From: an uncultured Candidatus Poseidoniales archaeon
Lineage (GTDB): Archaea > Thermoplasmatota > Poseidoniia > Poseidoniales > Thalassarchaeaceae
Direction of reading: 5' to 3'
Length of the DNA: 59,296 nt
NCBI GenBank assembly: GCA_964414525.1
Contig: CAYPWN010000001.1
Coordinates: 1-59,296 of the forward strand
The translations under genes and the position numbers were made by a program. Every line of letters starts with the position of its first letter. Positions within the stretch are counted from its first letter, which is position 1. The notes below the pieces were generated by a model. That model searched no databases. It was not told the origin of the DNA and was given only the letters and a program-made list of their open reading frames with translations. Shown in pieces: positions 1 through 8,885 of the stretch.

Positions 1-1131
1 CAGTTCGCTACCGACACCAACGAGGGCTTCGACTTCGAGAACCCAGGGTACTCCGAGGACACGACCGAGTGGGACCAGTTCCCATACGACCCATCGGAGC
101 AGTCCGACAACGACATGGACGGAATCGGCGACAACGCTGACGCGGACGACGACAACGACGGCGTCCCAGACAGCCTGGACGCCTTCCCCCTCGACCCGAC
201 CGAGTCCGCAGACCTGGACGGCGACGGTATCGGCGACAACTCCGACAACGACACGGACGGCGACGGGATCGACAACGACGAGGACGACTTCGACAGCGAC
301 CCAGACGCAGCAGCTGACAACGACGGAGACGGTGCAGACGATGCCTCAGACGCGGACGACGACAACGACGGCGTCCCTGACGTGGCAGACTGGGCACCTC
401 TAGACGCCAGCGAGCAGTACGACACTGACGGCGACGGGATCGGCGACAACGCCGACACCGACGACGACGCAGACGGCACCCCCGACTCGGCAGACGCCTT
501 CCCGCTGGACGCCAGCGAGAGCGCTGACGCCGACGGCGACGGGATCGGCGACAACGCCGACCCCGACGACGACAACGACGGCACCCCCGACGGTCTGGAC
601 GCCTTCCCGAACGACGTCAACGAGCAGAGGGACTACGACGGAGACGGAATCGGCGACGGAGCAGACCCTGACAGGGACGAGGACGGAGTCCTGAACTCCG
701 ACGACGCCTTCCCGATGAACGAGAACGAGTGGGATGACACCGATGGGGACAACATCGGCGACAACTCTGACTCAGACATCGACGGCGACGACGTCCTGAA
801 TGCCGACGACTGGGCACCGACCGACTCCTCGGAGTGGGCCGACACCGACAACGACGGCACTGGCGACAACGCTGACAGCGACGACGACGGCGACGGTTAC
901 TCGGACAACGACGAGTACGACTGCGGTACGGACTCCAAGAACCCGAGCTCCGTGCCATCGGACTACGACGGCGACGGGACCTGCGACGCCATGGACAGCG
1001 ATCCTACTGGGGACCGAAGCAGCGCTGAGGGCGGACAAGAGGCACCTGGCTTCACACCAGGCTTCCCATCCGTCCTAGCTGCTATCTCCCTGCTAGGCGC
1101 TGCCGTGCTAGGTCGACGCAAGGAAGACTGA
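1..1131 (+). CDS. Cell-surface Ca-binding repeat protein (thrombospondin type-3-like DxDxDG repeats) with C-terminal PGF-CTERM sorting signal; 5' end cut by window edge
   Basis: Frame 1 is open from nt 1 (QFATDTNEGFDFENPG...), so the ATG at 115 is internal. It has about 8 modules of D.DGDGIGDNAD.DDDNDG.PD..DAFP.D. The C-terminus is EAPGFTPGFPSVLAAISLLGAAVLGRRKED*, i.e. a PGF motif, a hydrophobic helix and a basic tail. Confidence 0.8.
   Translation, partial: QFATDTNEGFDFENPGYSEDTTEWDQFPYDPSEQSDNDMDGIGDNADADDDNDGVPDSLDAFPLDPTESADLDGDGIGDNSDNDTDGDGIDNDEDDFDSDPDAAADNDGDGADDASDADDDNDGVPDVADWAPLDASEQYDTDGDGIGDNADTDDDADGTPDSADAFPLDASESADADGDGIGDNADPDDDNDGTPDGLDAFPNDVNEQRDYDGDGIGDGADPDRDEDGVLNSDDAFPMNENEWDDTDGDNIGDNSDSDIDGDDVLNADDWAPTDSSEWADTDNDGTGDNADSDDDGDGYSDNDEYDCGTDSKNPSSVPSDYDGDGTCDAMDSDPTGDRSSAEGGQEAPGFTPGFPSVLAAISLLGAAVLGRRKED
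106..1005 (+). repeat. Intragenic array of about 36-aa acidic Ca-binding (TSP3-like) repeats, with near-identical DNA segments
   Basis: The motif gacggcgacgggatcggcgacaacgccgac recurs (about 427-456 and 535-564). gacgacgacaacgacggcgtccc recurs (about 137-160 and 355-378). Alternative frames give spurious Arg/Ser/Thr-rich ORFs. Confidence 0.8.
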
Positions 1132-1153
1132 GCACTAGCTCGGCAAAACATAA

Positions 1154-1189
1154 CCCCGGGCCGGGGGCCACCCGGCACCCGGCTCGGGG
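1154..1189 (+). terminator. GC-rich hairpin 23 nt downstream of the surface-protein stop (candidate terminator or RNA stability element)
   Basis: ccccgggccggg (1154-1165) pairs with cccggctcgggg (1178-1189) as a 12-bp stem with one G:U pair and a 12-nt loop. There is no following oligo-T run, so a terminator role is uncertain. Confidence 0.3.
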
Positions 1190-1231
1190 CCACAACCCAA
1201 TGCTGATAAGTCACCTTTCCGACTACCGGCC

Positions 1232-1618
1232 ATGCCAGGTACCACACGCGCTGAGATAAGGACTCTCAAGATAGGCAGGTACGTCGCAATCGACGAGGAC
1301 GCGTACAAGATACTCAGCATGTCCAAGTCCAAACCGGGCAAGCACGGCTCTGCCAAGGCTAGGATCGAGCTCGAGGACATCTTCACGGGGCAGAAGCGCT
1401 CCCACGTGGGAACGGTCACAGACACGATAAACATCCCAATCATAGAGAAGGGCTCCGCGATAATCACTCACATCCAGGGGAACGAGGTCCATGCCATGGA
1501 CAACAAGACCTACCAGACCCTCATACTCCCTGTGGACGAGAGTATGAACCTGCAGTCAGGTGGCGAGATCCAGTGGATGGAGGCAATGGGCAGGTACAAG
1601 ATCAGCAGGGACCACTAG
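1232..1618 (+). CDS. eif5a: Translation initiation factor 5A (aIF5A)
   Basis: The hypusination loop SKSKPGKHGSAKA is present, with the target Lys in GKHG at nt 1340-1342. The 128-aa size and OB-fold C-terminal half are typical. Confidence 0.95.
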   Translation: MPGTTRAEIRTLKIGRYVAIDEDAYKILSMSKSKPGKHGSAKARIELEDIFTGQKRSHVGTVTDTINIPIIEKGSAIITHIQGNEVHAMDNKTYQTLILPVDESMNLQSGGEIQWMEAMGRYKISRDH

Positions 1619-1682
1619 CTCGATTTTTCCCTACAACGCCCCATTGTCCCACGAGAAGTATAAGCGTCGTTCTCAGGCGCTA

Positions 1683-4064
1683 ATGACGAGGGTCATGCCA
1701 GACGTGGAGAGGTCGGCTTACAGGCAACCGGCAACAGCATCGGGACTGGAGGCCATCGAGGCGGGGACGCTAACGTGGCTCGACGAGGACATGTACAACA
1801 ACCTGAACACCGGGGTCCTGGAGCAGTACCTGGAGGAGAAGAACCTCGCAGAGTCTTTCGAGATAAGCCACTGGGACACCAGGAAGGTCCTCATCGGCAT
1901 TCTGGTCGGGGCGGTTTTCAGCGGCGTCACAGCGTACATAGGGCTGAAAATCGGCCTAGCCGTTTCGGCCGCATGGTACGTGGCATACCTCCTGGGGATG
2001 GCCCTTCAGTGGTCGCCATCGGAGGTAAACATCGCAACAAGCGCCACAACAGGGGCAACCCACGCATCTACAGGCTTCATCTTCACGTTCCCTGCAATCT
2101 TCCTGCTAGCCTACTCTGACAACTACAAGGTGGGAGACGGGCACCTCCTCAGCTCGGTGGACACTCTGAACCTAGCATTCATTGGCATCATCGCCTCGAT
2201 GTTCGCAGGCTTCCTCGGAGTGATGTACTTCATCATCTTCAGGAGGGTGTGGCTGGTTGAGGATCCCCTCCCGATGCCTGGATTCGAGGCCACGCTGAAG
2301 ATGCTGGACATCTCTTCTGACGTGAGCTCCGGATCAGCGGAGGCGGCTAGGGAGTCACTGAAGACAGTAGGGGTCTGGACCGTCCTAACGATGGGCATGA
2401 TGTTCGTAATCGACTACCCGATACGGTGGTCGAAGAAGCTGGCGGGAGCCCCTAGCAGTATCGCCGACTGGTTCGCCATGACGCTATCCGGGGAGAAGTG
2501 GGGTTTGGCATCAGTATACACAGAGAGGTGGATTCACCAGCCTAGCGAACTAGCAGATGGCTACGCTCCCTACGGAGGTATAACTCCCTATGAGAAGGGG
2601 AACCCGATGTCTTACACGTTCCTAGGGGTCGAGATCAGCCCAACTCTATTCGCAATAGGCTGGTTCATGAAGTTCAGGGCAGCTCTTCTGGTTAACCTAG
2701 GTGCAATACTTGCATGGTTCTGGCTGATACCCCTAGCGGTACTTCAGGACGTCCCCGTCTACGACCCGGAGCAGGGGGTCTACGTCAACATCACATCCCT
2801 TGGCCCAACTGTCCAGTGGCAGGCCTTTGGCTCCATCGTGCGAACCGTGGCCATCGGTGCCATACTGGGCGGCGGATTCCTCGGACTGTTCAAGATGACT
2901 CCGACATTCGTCGGGATATTCGGAGACATCGCCCAAGCCTTCTCCGGGGAGCAGGGCGAGGAGTTCGTCGAGGGAAAGGGGTGGTACGAATGGCCATTGT
3001 TCCACATACCGATATTCATGGGCCTTTCGTTCATAGCGATAACCCTGATTTTCGTGGTCGGGGGGTATCCGCTCCTTCCATCGGTGATATTCTCGGTAGT
3101 TCTGCTCTCCACGACATTCCTCTTGGGGGCGATCGCAGTCAGGGTAATGGGGGAGACTGGGATAGAGCCGGTTTCCGGCACATCGTTCATCGTCCTCCTC
3201 ATGCTTCTGATGATATTCCTAAACCTTGACGTAGGACTCACCAAGGAAGAGTCGATACTGATGGCTCTTGTTGGAACAACAGTATTCGGGTCTGCCATAA
3301 GCATGAGCGGCACCGTAGTCGGCGACTACAAGAACAGCCTGTACATTGGGAACAGGCCCTACCACATTTCCAAGGGCAACATCATGGGGGTGGTTCCCGG
3401 GGCCATACTGGGTGCTGGGGTAGCGATATTCCTCTCGAAGCTACTTGCGGACGGCACCATAGAGCTCCTAGCCCCACAGGCCAACGCTTTCGCCTACTTC
3501 ACAACCATCCTTGCAGAGGGGCAGGGGAACTGGAGCGCACTGCTGTTGGGGATGGCCCTCGGGGCGTTCGCGGAGTGGGCGACAGGGATGGGGACTTCGT
3601 TCGGCCTAGGGATGTACCTTCCCACCCCTGCAACCTTCCCCATGCTGATCGGTGGAGCATACAGGTCCTGGTGGGAGGAACGCCGGCTCAAGCCAGTAGT
3701 AGAGTCCGTTAGGGTCGAAGAGGGAAGCGCTGCAGCGGAGAAGAGGAGCGCTCAGATGCTCCTATTCACATTCATGATCGCCGCAGGGGCCCTCACGGGG
3801 GAGGCCTTCTACGGTGTCGAGGCTGCAATACTAGCAGTCCTAGACGAAAGCGCACTAGGGGGTAACTCGTGGTGGCCATACGCTAGGCTAGTTGGTTTCG
3901 TTCTCATCAATGTCCTTCTCGGTGCACTGGTGTACGGACTTTTCAGGAGCGCAGGCATCATCGGGCCGAATAGGGGCGGACGAAATCCCCCTACCCCCCC
4001 GAGGTCACGGCCAGTGGCCAAAAGGCCCAATTCTGGCGTCATGGACGCCGAGCTGGCGGACTGA
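1683..4064 (+). CDS. OPT-family oligopeptide transporter
   Basis: It is a polytopic membrane protein. It shows OPT-like motifs YIGLKIGLAVSAAW, EDPLPMPGFEAT and GETGIEPVSGTSF. I chose the ATG at 1683 (MTRVMPDV...), because the longer ORF from 1560 overlaps the aIF5A 3' end. Confidence 0.75.
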   Translation: MTRVMPDVERSAYRQPATASGLEAIEAGTLTWLDEDMYNNLNTGVLEQYLEEKNLAESFEISHWDTRKVLIGILVGAVFSGVTAYIGLKIGLAVSAAWYVAYLLGMALQWSPSEVNIATSATTGATHASTGFIFTFPAIFLLAYSDNYKVGDGHLLSSVDTLNLAFIGIIASMFAGFLGVMYFIIFRRVWLVEDPLPMPGFEATLKMLDISSDVSSGSAEAARESLKTVGVWTVLTMGMMFVIDYPIRWSKKLAGAPSSIADWFAMTLSGEKWGLASVYTERWIHQPSELADGYAPYGGITPYEKGNPMSYTFLGVEISPTLFAIGWFMKFRAALLVNLGAILAWFWLIPLAVLQDVPVYDPEQGVYVNITSLGPTVQWQAFGSIVRTVAIGAILGGGFLGLFKMTPTFVGIFGDIAQAFSGEQGEEFVEGKGWYEWPLFHIPIFMGLSFIAITLIFVVGGYPLLPSVIFSVVLLSTTFLLGAIAVRVMGETGIEPVSGTSFIVLLMLLMIFLNLDVGLTKEESILMALVGTTVFGSAISMSGTVVGDYKNSLYIGNRPYHISKGNIMGVVPGAILGAGVAIFLSKLLADGTIELLAPQANAFAYFTTILAEGQGNWSALLLGMALGAFAEWATGMGTSFGLGMYLPTPATFPMLIGGAYRSWWEERRLKPVVESVRVEEGSAAAEKRSAQMLLFTFMIAAGALTGEAFYGVEAAILAVLDESALGGNSWWPYARLVGFVLINVLLGALVYGLFRSAGIIGPNRGGRNPPTPPRSRPVAKRPNSGVMDAELAD

Positions 4065-4066
4065 CC

Positions 4067-5017
4067 ATGGCAAGGCTACTAGATGCGCCTGCAGGGGCAT
4101 GGGCTCTTCTGGCTGTAGCCGTACTGGCCGTCTCGAGCGGAGGAGTCGTCCTACAGGAGATGGGACAGGTCCCACCGTTCCTAAGGGCCTCATGGAGGAT
4201 GCAAGGCACGGCGCTAGTGCTTCTCCCGGGTTTCGCCTACCAGGCTTACAATGCTGACTTGGGGATGGTTTCTAGGAACGACTTACTCATCATGCTTGCA
4301 TCAAGCGTTTTCCTCGCCATCCACTTCGGAAGCTGGGTGTGGTCTCTAGATAACACCAGCCTTGTTCATAGCCTCCTTTTCGTAAACACTCATCCACTAG
4401 TGGTAGTCGCCCTCATGCCAATCATGGGCAAAGTCGTCAGCAGGTCCCACATTGTGGGGGTGGTGGTGGGGTTCGCAGGCGCTGTAATTGCGCTTCTTGA
4501 GGTCGGAGAGGGGGGCGAAGCCTCCCTAGCCGGCGACGCCGCCGCCTTTCTCGGTGCGGTTTCTGTAGTGGGTTACCTGTTAGCAGGCAGGCACCTGAGA
4601 TCAGAGAGGGACATGCCGATTTTCATGTACGCCTTCCCAGTAACCCTGGGAGCGGGAGTGTGGCTCACTGCCTACTCAGTAATGGCCGAGGGGACGGATT
4701 TTTCTCAGGCTCATGTTCAGGAGTCCATCATAGGGTGGTCCGACGCTGCATGGCTGGCTTGGGTAGCCTTCCTCTCCCTTGGTCCCGGGCTATGCGGCCA
4801 CACTGGGATAAACACGGTTCTACGGTGGATATCGCCCATCGTCGTCTCGATAACACTGCTGCTGGAGCCAGTTCTCGGGGCTGCAATCGCCTGGATATGG
4901 ACCGGCGATGCAGTTTTCGGCCCATTCACTGTGTTAGGGGGGGCTTTGATGATATCCGGAGCTATGATAGTGACACTCCAGGAGAGCACTCAGGACGAAC
5001 GGGAATCGGCTTCATGA
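4067..5017 (+). CDS. EamA/DMT-superfamily transporter
   Basis: It has about 10 predicted TM helices in two similar halves and the 316-aa size typical of EamA duplications. I recognise no specific motif beyond the topology. Confidence 0.55.
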   Translation: MARLLDAPAGAWALLAVAVLAVSSGGVVLQEMGQVPPFLRASWRMQGTALVLLPGFAYQAYNADLGMVSRNDLLIMLASSVFLAIHFGSWVWSLDNTSLVHSLLFVNTHPLVVVALMPIMGKVVSRSHIVGVVVGFAGAVIALLEVGEGGEASLAGDAAAFLGAVSVVGYLLAGRHLRSERDMPIFMYAFPVTLGAGVWLTAYSVMAEGTDFSQAHVQESIIGWSDAAWLAWVAFLSLGPGLCGHTGINTVLRWISPIVVSITLLLEPVLGAAIAWIWTGDAVFGPFTVLGGALMISGAMIVTLQESTQDERESAS

Positions 5018-5039
5018 ACGATGCCAGACTGCGAGCAAC

Positions 5040-5966
5040 ATGGAGCCAGCCCCTATACTCCTGACCAATGACGACGGAATTGGCTCACGTGGCCTCAGGA
5101 GACTGATCGAGGTACTTCACAAGCGAGGGCATCCGTTAGCGGTAATGGCGCCCCTAAAGGAGCAATCAGCATGCGGCATGAAGCTGACACTCCGTGACGA
5201 CATGGCCTTCAAAGAGCACCACGAGATCGCAGACGATATCAGGGTGCACGACTCCCTCCCCCTCAGGATATTCTCCCTTGATGGCTCTCCATGTGATTGC
5301 GTAATCGTTGCAATAGACGGCGGCCTTGGAACCCTGGCTCCCGAGATATCCCCTTGGCTATGCATCTCGGGGATAAACAGAGGCCCAAACCTATCAGTGG
5401 ACGTTCTCCACTCGGGGACGGTTTCAGCAGCCAGAGAGGCATCTCTTTACGGAATGCCTTCAATTTCGGTCAGTTTGGCCACATATGAGCATGAGGATTA
5501 CACAGAGTCAGTTGATGCCACGCTTGAACTTCTAGATAGGATATCCGCAGTAATATCCGGACCCCCCAGAAACCTACTCAGGCCCGAGGGTTCTAGATCT
5601 AAACCATCCGTGGGAACGAACCCAGAGTCAATCCGATCTTGGCTAATTGATGGGAACCTATTCCTAAACCTAAATATCCCGGAGAAATGGAACGGGTCTT
5701 TCCAGACAGTTTCATTGGGTGCAAGATGGTATCACAACGCCACAGACATGCTGGACAACCCGGAATCCGGAATTGCCTTCGAGGTAGGGGCAGCGCGAAT
5801 CGTCGACGAGGACATAACCCTGACAGATTGCCATGCCATCAACTCGGGTTACTCCTCAATCACACCTCTGGCAAGCTGGCCACGAAACCACCCTCTTGGT
5901 GTACCAGACTCAGTATTGCAGGCTTCGATGGAATTCGACACCGAGGGCTTTCCGTCTTGGCTCTAA
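5040..5966 (+). CDS. surE: 5'/3'-nucleotidase SurE
   Basis: The N-terminal ILLTNDDGIGSRGL signature and GINRGPNLS, HSGTVSAAREA motifs are present. Confidence 0.85.
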   Translation: MEPAPILLTNDDGIGSRGLRRLIEVLHKRGHPLAVMAPLKEQSACGMKLTLRDDMAFKEHHEIADDIRVHDSLPLRIFSLDGSPCDCVIVAIDGGLGTLAPEISPWLCISGINRGPNLSVDVLHSGTVSAAREASLYGMPSISVSLATYEHEDYTESVDATLELLDRISAVISGPPRNLLRPEGSRSKPSVGTNPESIRSWLIDGNLFLNLNIPEKWNGSFQTVSLGARWYHNATDMLDNPESGIAFEVGAARIVDEDITLTDCHAINSGYSSITPLASWPRNHPLGVPDSVLQASMEFDTEGFPSWL

Positions 5967-6502
5967 CTGCCGTCCATAATGAAATGCAATATCGATATGC
6001 ATGAGTGGCCCTGTAACCACTCGCTCCCTAACGAGACTCTTTGGGCCCCCTCGAGAGGAACTAGGTCAGATTCGGCAAGGGGCCGGTCGTCGGAAAGGAC
6101 AAATCCAAAACTACCAGATCCACGGATTATCGAGTGAGGCCCGCCTTCCGAGTCCATGACCACTGGCGTAATTCCTTGTGCACCCCACTCGGAGATTGTC
6201 TGAGATAGGTCTCCACCAGAGTGACTAATGCCGGATGAAGCCTGCTCGAACCTCCCTCGTGGGGGTATGGGCAACCTGGCTACCGACTTTATCTGTCCAG
6301 CTATCGAGCGCTCGTCTGGCCTTAACCCACGAATACTCGAACCGTCAAACAGTATTCTCCTGGGGGCTCCCCCTCCACCTAACAGGTGTAGTATGATTCG
6401 ACTATCGCGCCTGATGCCATGTGAGACGAATAATGCCGCATTTACAGCTCTAACTAGAACGTCAGTCCTCCCTCCGGATCCAGCTAGGTCGTTAATGTTC
6501 AA
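5963..6502 (-). CDS. trmY: tRNA (pseudouridine54-N1)-methyltransferase TrmY (SPOUT, DUF358); the true start is probably upstream of the listed TTG
   Basis: Motifs DLAGSGGRTDVLVRAVNAALFVSHGIRRD, RPDERSIA and VSLGSEWLQGHSCISILHFIMD are present. The frame stays open upstream to 6568 and there encodes the family-like N-terminus ERWFAIIGHRAPSSGD (see findings). Confidence 0.7.
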   Translation of the reverse strand: MNINDLAGSGGRTDVLVRAVNAALFVSHGIRRDSRIILHLLGGGGAPRRILFDGSSIRGLRPDERSIAGQIKSVARLPIPPRGRFEQASSGISHSGGDLSQTISEWGAQGITPVVMDSEGGPHSIIRGSGSFGFVLSDDRPLAESDLVPLEGAQRVSLGSEWLQGHSCISILHFIMDGS

Positions 6503-6557
6503 ATCTCCCGAACTTGGAGCCCTGTGCCCAATGATTGCGAACCATCGCTCCAGGATT

Positions 6558-7925
6558 TCACCCCAGATCTATCTCGTCGTCCAGACCCATCATTGATTGC
6601 ATCTGGCGTCTCATCTTCCTATCTCCCCTAAATCCACGCATCATCTTCTTGCTGCGATTCCACTGGTTTAGAAGCTCCTTGACTTCCTTTTCCTCGGACC
6701 CCGAACCGCGGGCAATCCTCCTGATCCTACTCGACTTCAGAAGCAGCGGGTCGTCCTTCTCCTCTTGGGTCATCGAATCCATTACAATCCTATACTTGTC
6801 CAGATTTGTCTGCATCTGCCTCTTCTGGGTCACGCTCATGTTCCCCATCCCTCCGAACATCGTGTCTGGAAGATGCGACAGAACCTTGTCCAGCGTGCCT
6901 ATCTTGCTCATCATTTCCATCTGAGCGTACATATCTGTAAGGGTAAATCTTCCAGACATTAGCCTCTTTGTGAGGCGCATTGCCTCCTGCTCGTCAAGAT
7001 CCTCGGGAGCAAGATCAATTAGTCCCTTGATATCCCCCATTCCAAGAAGTCTGGAAATGAATCTGTCAGACTCGAATTTCTCTAAATCGCCGATCCTCTC
7101 GCCCTCTCCAACGAAAACAATAGGGGCACCGGTGGTAGCAACTGCACTAAGTGCCCCACCACCTCTGGCTGTCCCATCGAGCTTAGTTACAATGGTCCCA
7201 GTAACTCCCACTAATTCGTGGAATGTCTCAGCCATTGGGCCGGCGGCCTGGCCGACTTGAGCATCTATTACGAGAAACCTCTCCGAAGCATCGGCAACCT
7301 CGGCAATTTCAAGCAGCTCATCCTTCAAGTCACCATCCAGGCTGTCCCTTCCTGCAGTGTCGATAATGACGACATCTGCCGTTCCAACCTTCCTCAGACC
7401 ATTCTTCACGATCTTCGAAGCATCCTTGCCCTCCGGTTCCCCATAAACTTCTACTCCCGATTCTTCCAGCATCTGGCTGAGTTGTTCGAATGCGCCCGGC
7501 CTGTGCACATCAGCCTCGATGACCGCCACTTTTGCACTATGGTTCCTTCTCCACCATTCAGCAAGCTTTGCGGTAGTAGTGGTTTTACCCTGACCGTAAA
7601 GCCCCACCATCAAAACTGTCTGGTTATGTGGTCTGATGGCCCTTGCTGGGCCCAGAATCCTAACCATTTCTGAGTACACCAGGTTCATTGCATGGGTCTC
7701 AAGCTTAACGCCAGGTCGTGGTTCCTCTTCGATCATCCTTCTTTCTATTCTTTCAGTTAGCTCCTTTGCCTGCCTCACGTTGAAGTCCGCCTCCAGCAGG
7801 GCTCTTCTGAGCGATCTGCTTAGCTCCTTAACGGTGTCTTCGTCTACCTTGCGCTTACCTTTGAGGAGGCCTATGGATCCGAGAACCCTGCGCTTGAACC
7901 CCTCCAGTGCCACGTGAGTCGCCAT
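6558..7925 (-). CDS. srp54: Signal recognition particle protein SRP54
   Basis: GTPase motifs GLYGQGKTTTTAKLA, DTAGR and TKLDG are present, followed by a Met-rich M domain. I chose the ATG at 7925 (MATHVALEGF...). The 514-aa ORF to 8102 would overlap the divergent neighbour. Confidence 0.95.
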   Translation of the reverse strand: MATHVALEGFKRRVLGSIGLLKGKRKVDEDTVKELSRSLRRALLEADFNVRQAKELTERIERRMIEEEPRPGVKLETHAMNLVYSEMVRILGPARAIRPHNQTVLMVGLYGQGKTTTTAKLAEWWRRNHSAKVAVIEADVHRPGAFEQLSQMLEESGVEVYGEPEGKDASKIVKNGLRKVGTADVVIIDTAGRDSLDGDLKDELLEIAEVADASERFLVIDAQVGQAAGPMAETFHELVGVTGTIVTKLDGTARGGGALSAVATTGAPIVFVGEGERIGDLEKFESDRFISRLLGMGDIKGLIDLAPEDLDEQEAMRLTKRLMSGRFTLTDMYAQMEMMSKIGTLDKVLSHLPDTMFGGMGNMSVTQKRQMQTNLDKYRIVMDSMTQEEKDDPLLLKSSRIRRIARGSGSEEKEVKELLNQWNRSKKMMRGFRGDRKMRRQMQSMMGLDDEIDLG

Positions 7926-8014
7926 CAATGGTGTGGTTTGAACGTTATCTGGTATTATTGCTCCATAAATCCCACTAAGCGTTGGTCTGAAAGGGGAGTT
8001 TGCTTCGGAGAGAC

Positions 8015-8809
8015 ATGGCTGAGGCCCCAATAGAGATGTGGGAGATGCAATTGGCATTCGCAATTGGTTTGCTGGGGATATACGCTGGCTGGCGCGGAAC
8101 AATAGCCAAGATGACCGGTTTCTACGATCTTTCCGGAGCAGTTAAGACGCTTTTGTTCGGCTTGGTTGCGGGTGTTCTTGCTGCTGCGTTAATAGATCTG
8201 ATGATTCTGAGGAACATTAGGGAAGAATCTGTGAACATTTTGGGAATTAGCGCAATTGCCCTGATAATATCGATGTCAGAAACAGCATTCGCATTATTTA
8301 TTCTCGGACGACCTAAAACAGTCGGATTGAGGGCAAGTGCCCCGTATGGCTGGACACTCGGATTGGGATTCGGGGCTATGCGCTCTGCACATCTGAATGT
8401 TCGCCTATTTGATCCCGATGTGTGGGAGCCAACAACAGGATTCGATCCATTCAACATCGGTTTCGCATGCCTTCTCACAATCACCATTTGTGTTGGTCAT
8501 GCTTCCATCTCGTCTTGGCAGGGTTCCCGTATTGTTGAGAACGATAGGGCGCGCACCTTCATCACTAGCAGCTTAGCAAGGACTATCCTGATTGTCGCCT
8601 CAGTTCTCGCAGTTTTCACCCCTTTGACTCTTGCACTAATCGCCCCTATTGTCGCTATCTCTTGGTTTCCTGCTCAGGAATCATGGCTCCCATCGGGCCT
8701 AACCCCTGCTGCCAAACAGGCCTACAGGAGGACATTGCGACAGGCTGAAATGAACCAGTCCAGAGCAGATAGCAGAATTCGCGGAGAAATAGTCCAATCA
8801 GAAGAATAG
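8015..8809 (+). CDS. Hypothetical polytopic membrane protein
   Basis: It has about 7 hydrophobic helices and I recognise no family. The ATG at 8015 is in frame with the TTG at 8000. Confidence 0.5.
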   Translation: MAEAPIEMWEMQLAFAIGLLGIYAGWRGTIAKMTGFYDLSGAVKTLLFGLVAGVLAAALIDLMILRNIREESVNILGISAIALIISMSETAFALFILGRPKTVGLRASAPYGWTLGLGFGAMRSAHLNVRLFDPDVWEPTTGFDPFNIGFACLLTITICVGHASISSWQGSRIVENDRARTFITSSLARTILIVASVLAVFTPLTLALIAPIVAISWFPAQESWLPSGLTPAAKQAYRRTLRQAEMNQSRADSRIRGEIVQSEE

Positions 8810-8885
8810 TGGCCAAATGCGGCAATATGCAGAATTATTTTTCATGGCGCATGATTATATCCAGTCTACCGATTCAGTTGACTGA

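Noticed and set aside
8-1247. Multiple long ORFs overlapping the surface-protein gene in other frames or on the other strand (8..397-, 617..958-, 633..869-, 772..1038-, 800..1078+, 963..1247-).
   Set aside because: Their products are Arg/Ser/Thr/Pro-rich low-complexity strings. These are the expected by-product of reading a GAC/GGC-rich repeat in alternative frames. The frame-1 product has a coherent repeat architecture and a sorting signal.
1-4200. The left roughly 4 kb is noticeably more GC-rich than the rest of the window. By hand count on sampled lines, it is about 57-67 percent against about 48-52 percent. This suggested a horizontally acquired island.
   Set aside because: The GC-rich stretch includes the universal core gene aIF5A. 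There are no integrase, tRNA or direct-repeat boundaries. The counts are from a few sampled lines only. Codon-usage or expression effects, or repeat composition, are a more economical explanation. A proper sliding-window GC and codon analysis is needed.
6558-8102. The longest-ORF starts for SRP54 (8102), transketolase N-terminal subunit (48729), KptA (42196), CorB-like (56446), OPT (1560) and Lhr (15240).
   Set aside because: The N-terminal extensions are non-homologous and often Ser/Pro/Arg-rich. They would overlap divergent neighbours or remove all promoter space. Internal ATGs give family-typical N-termini and lengths.
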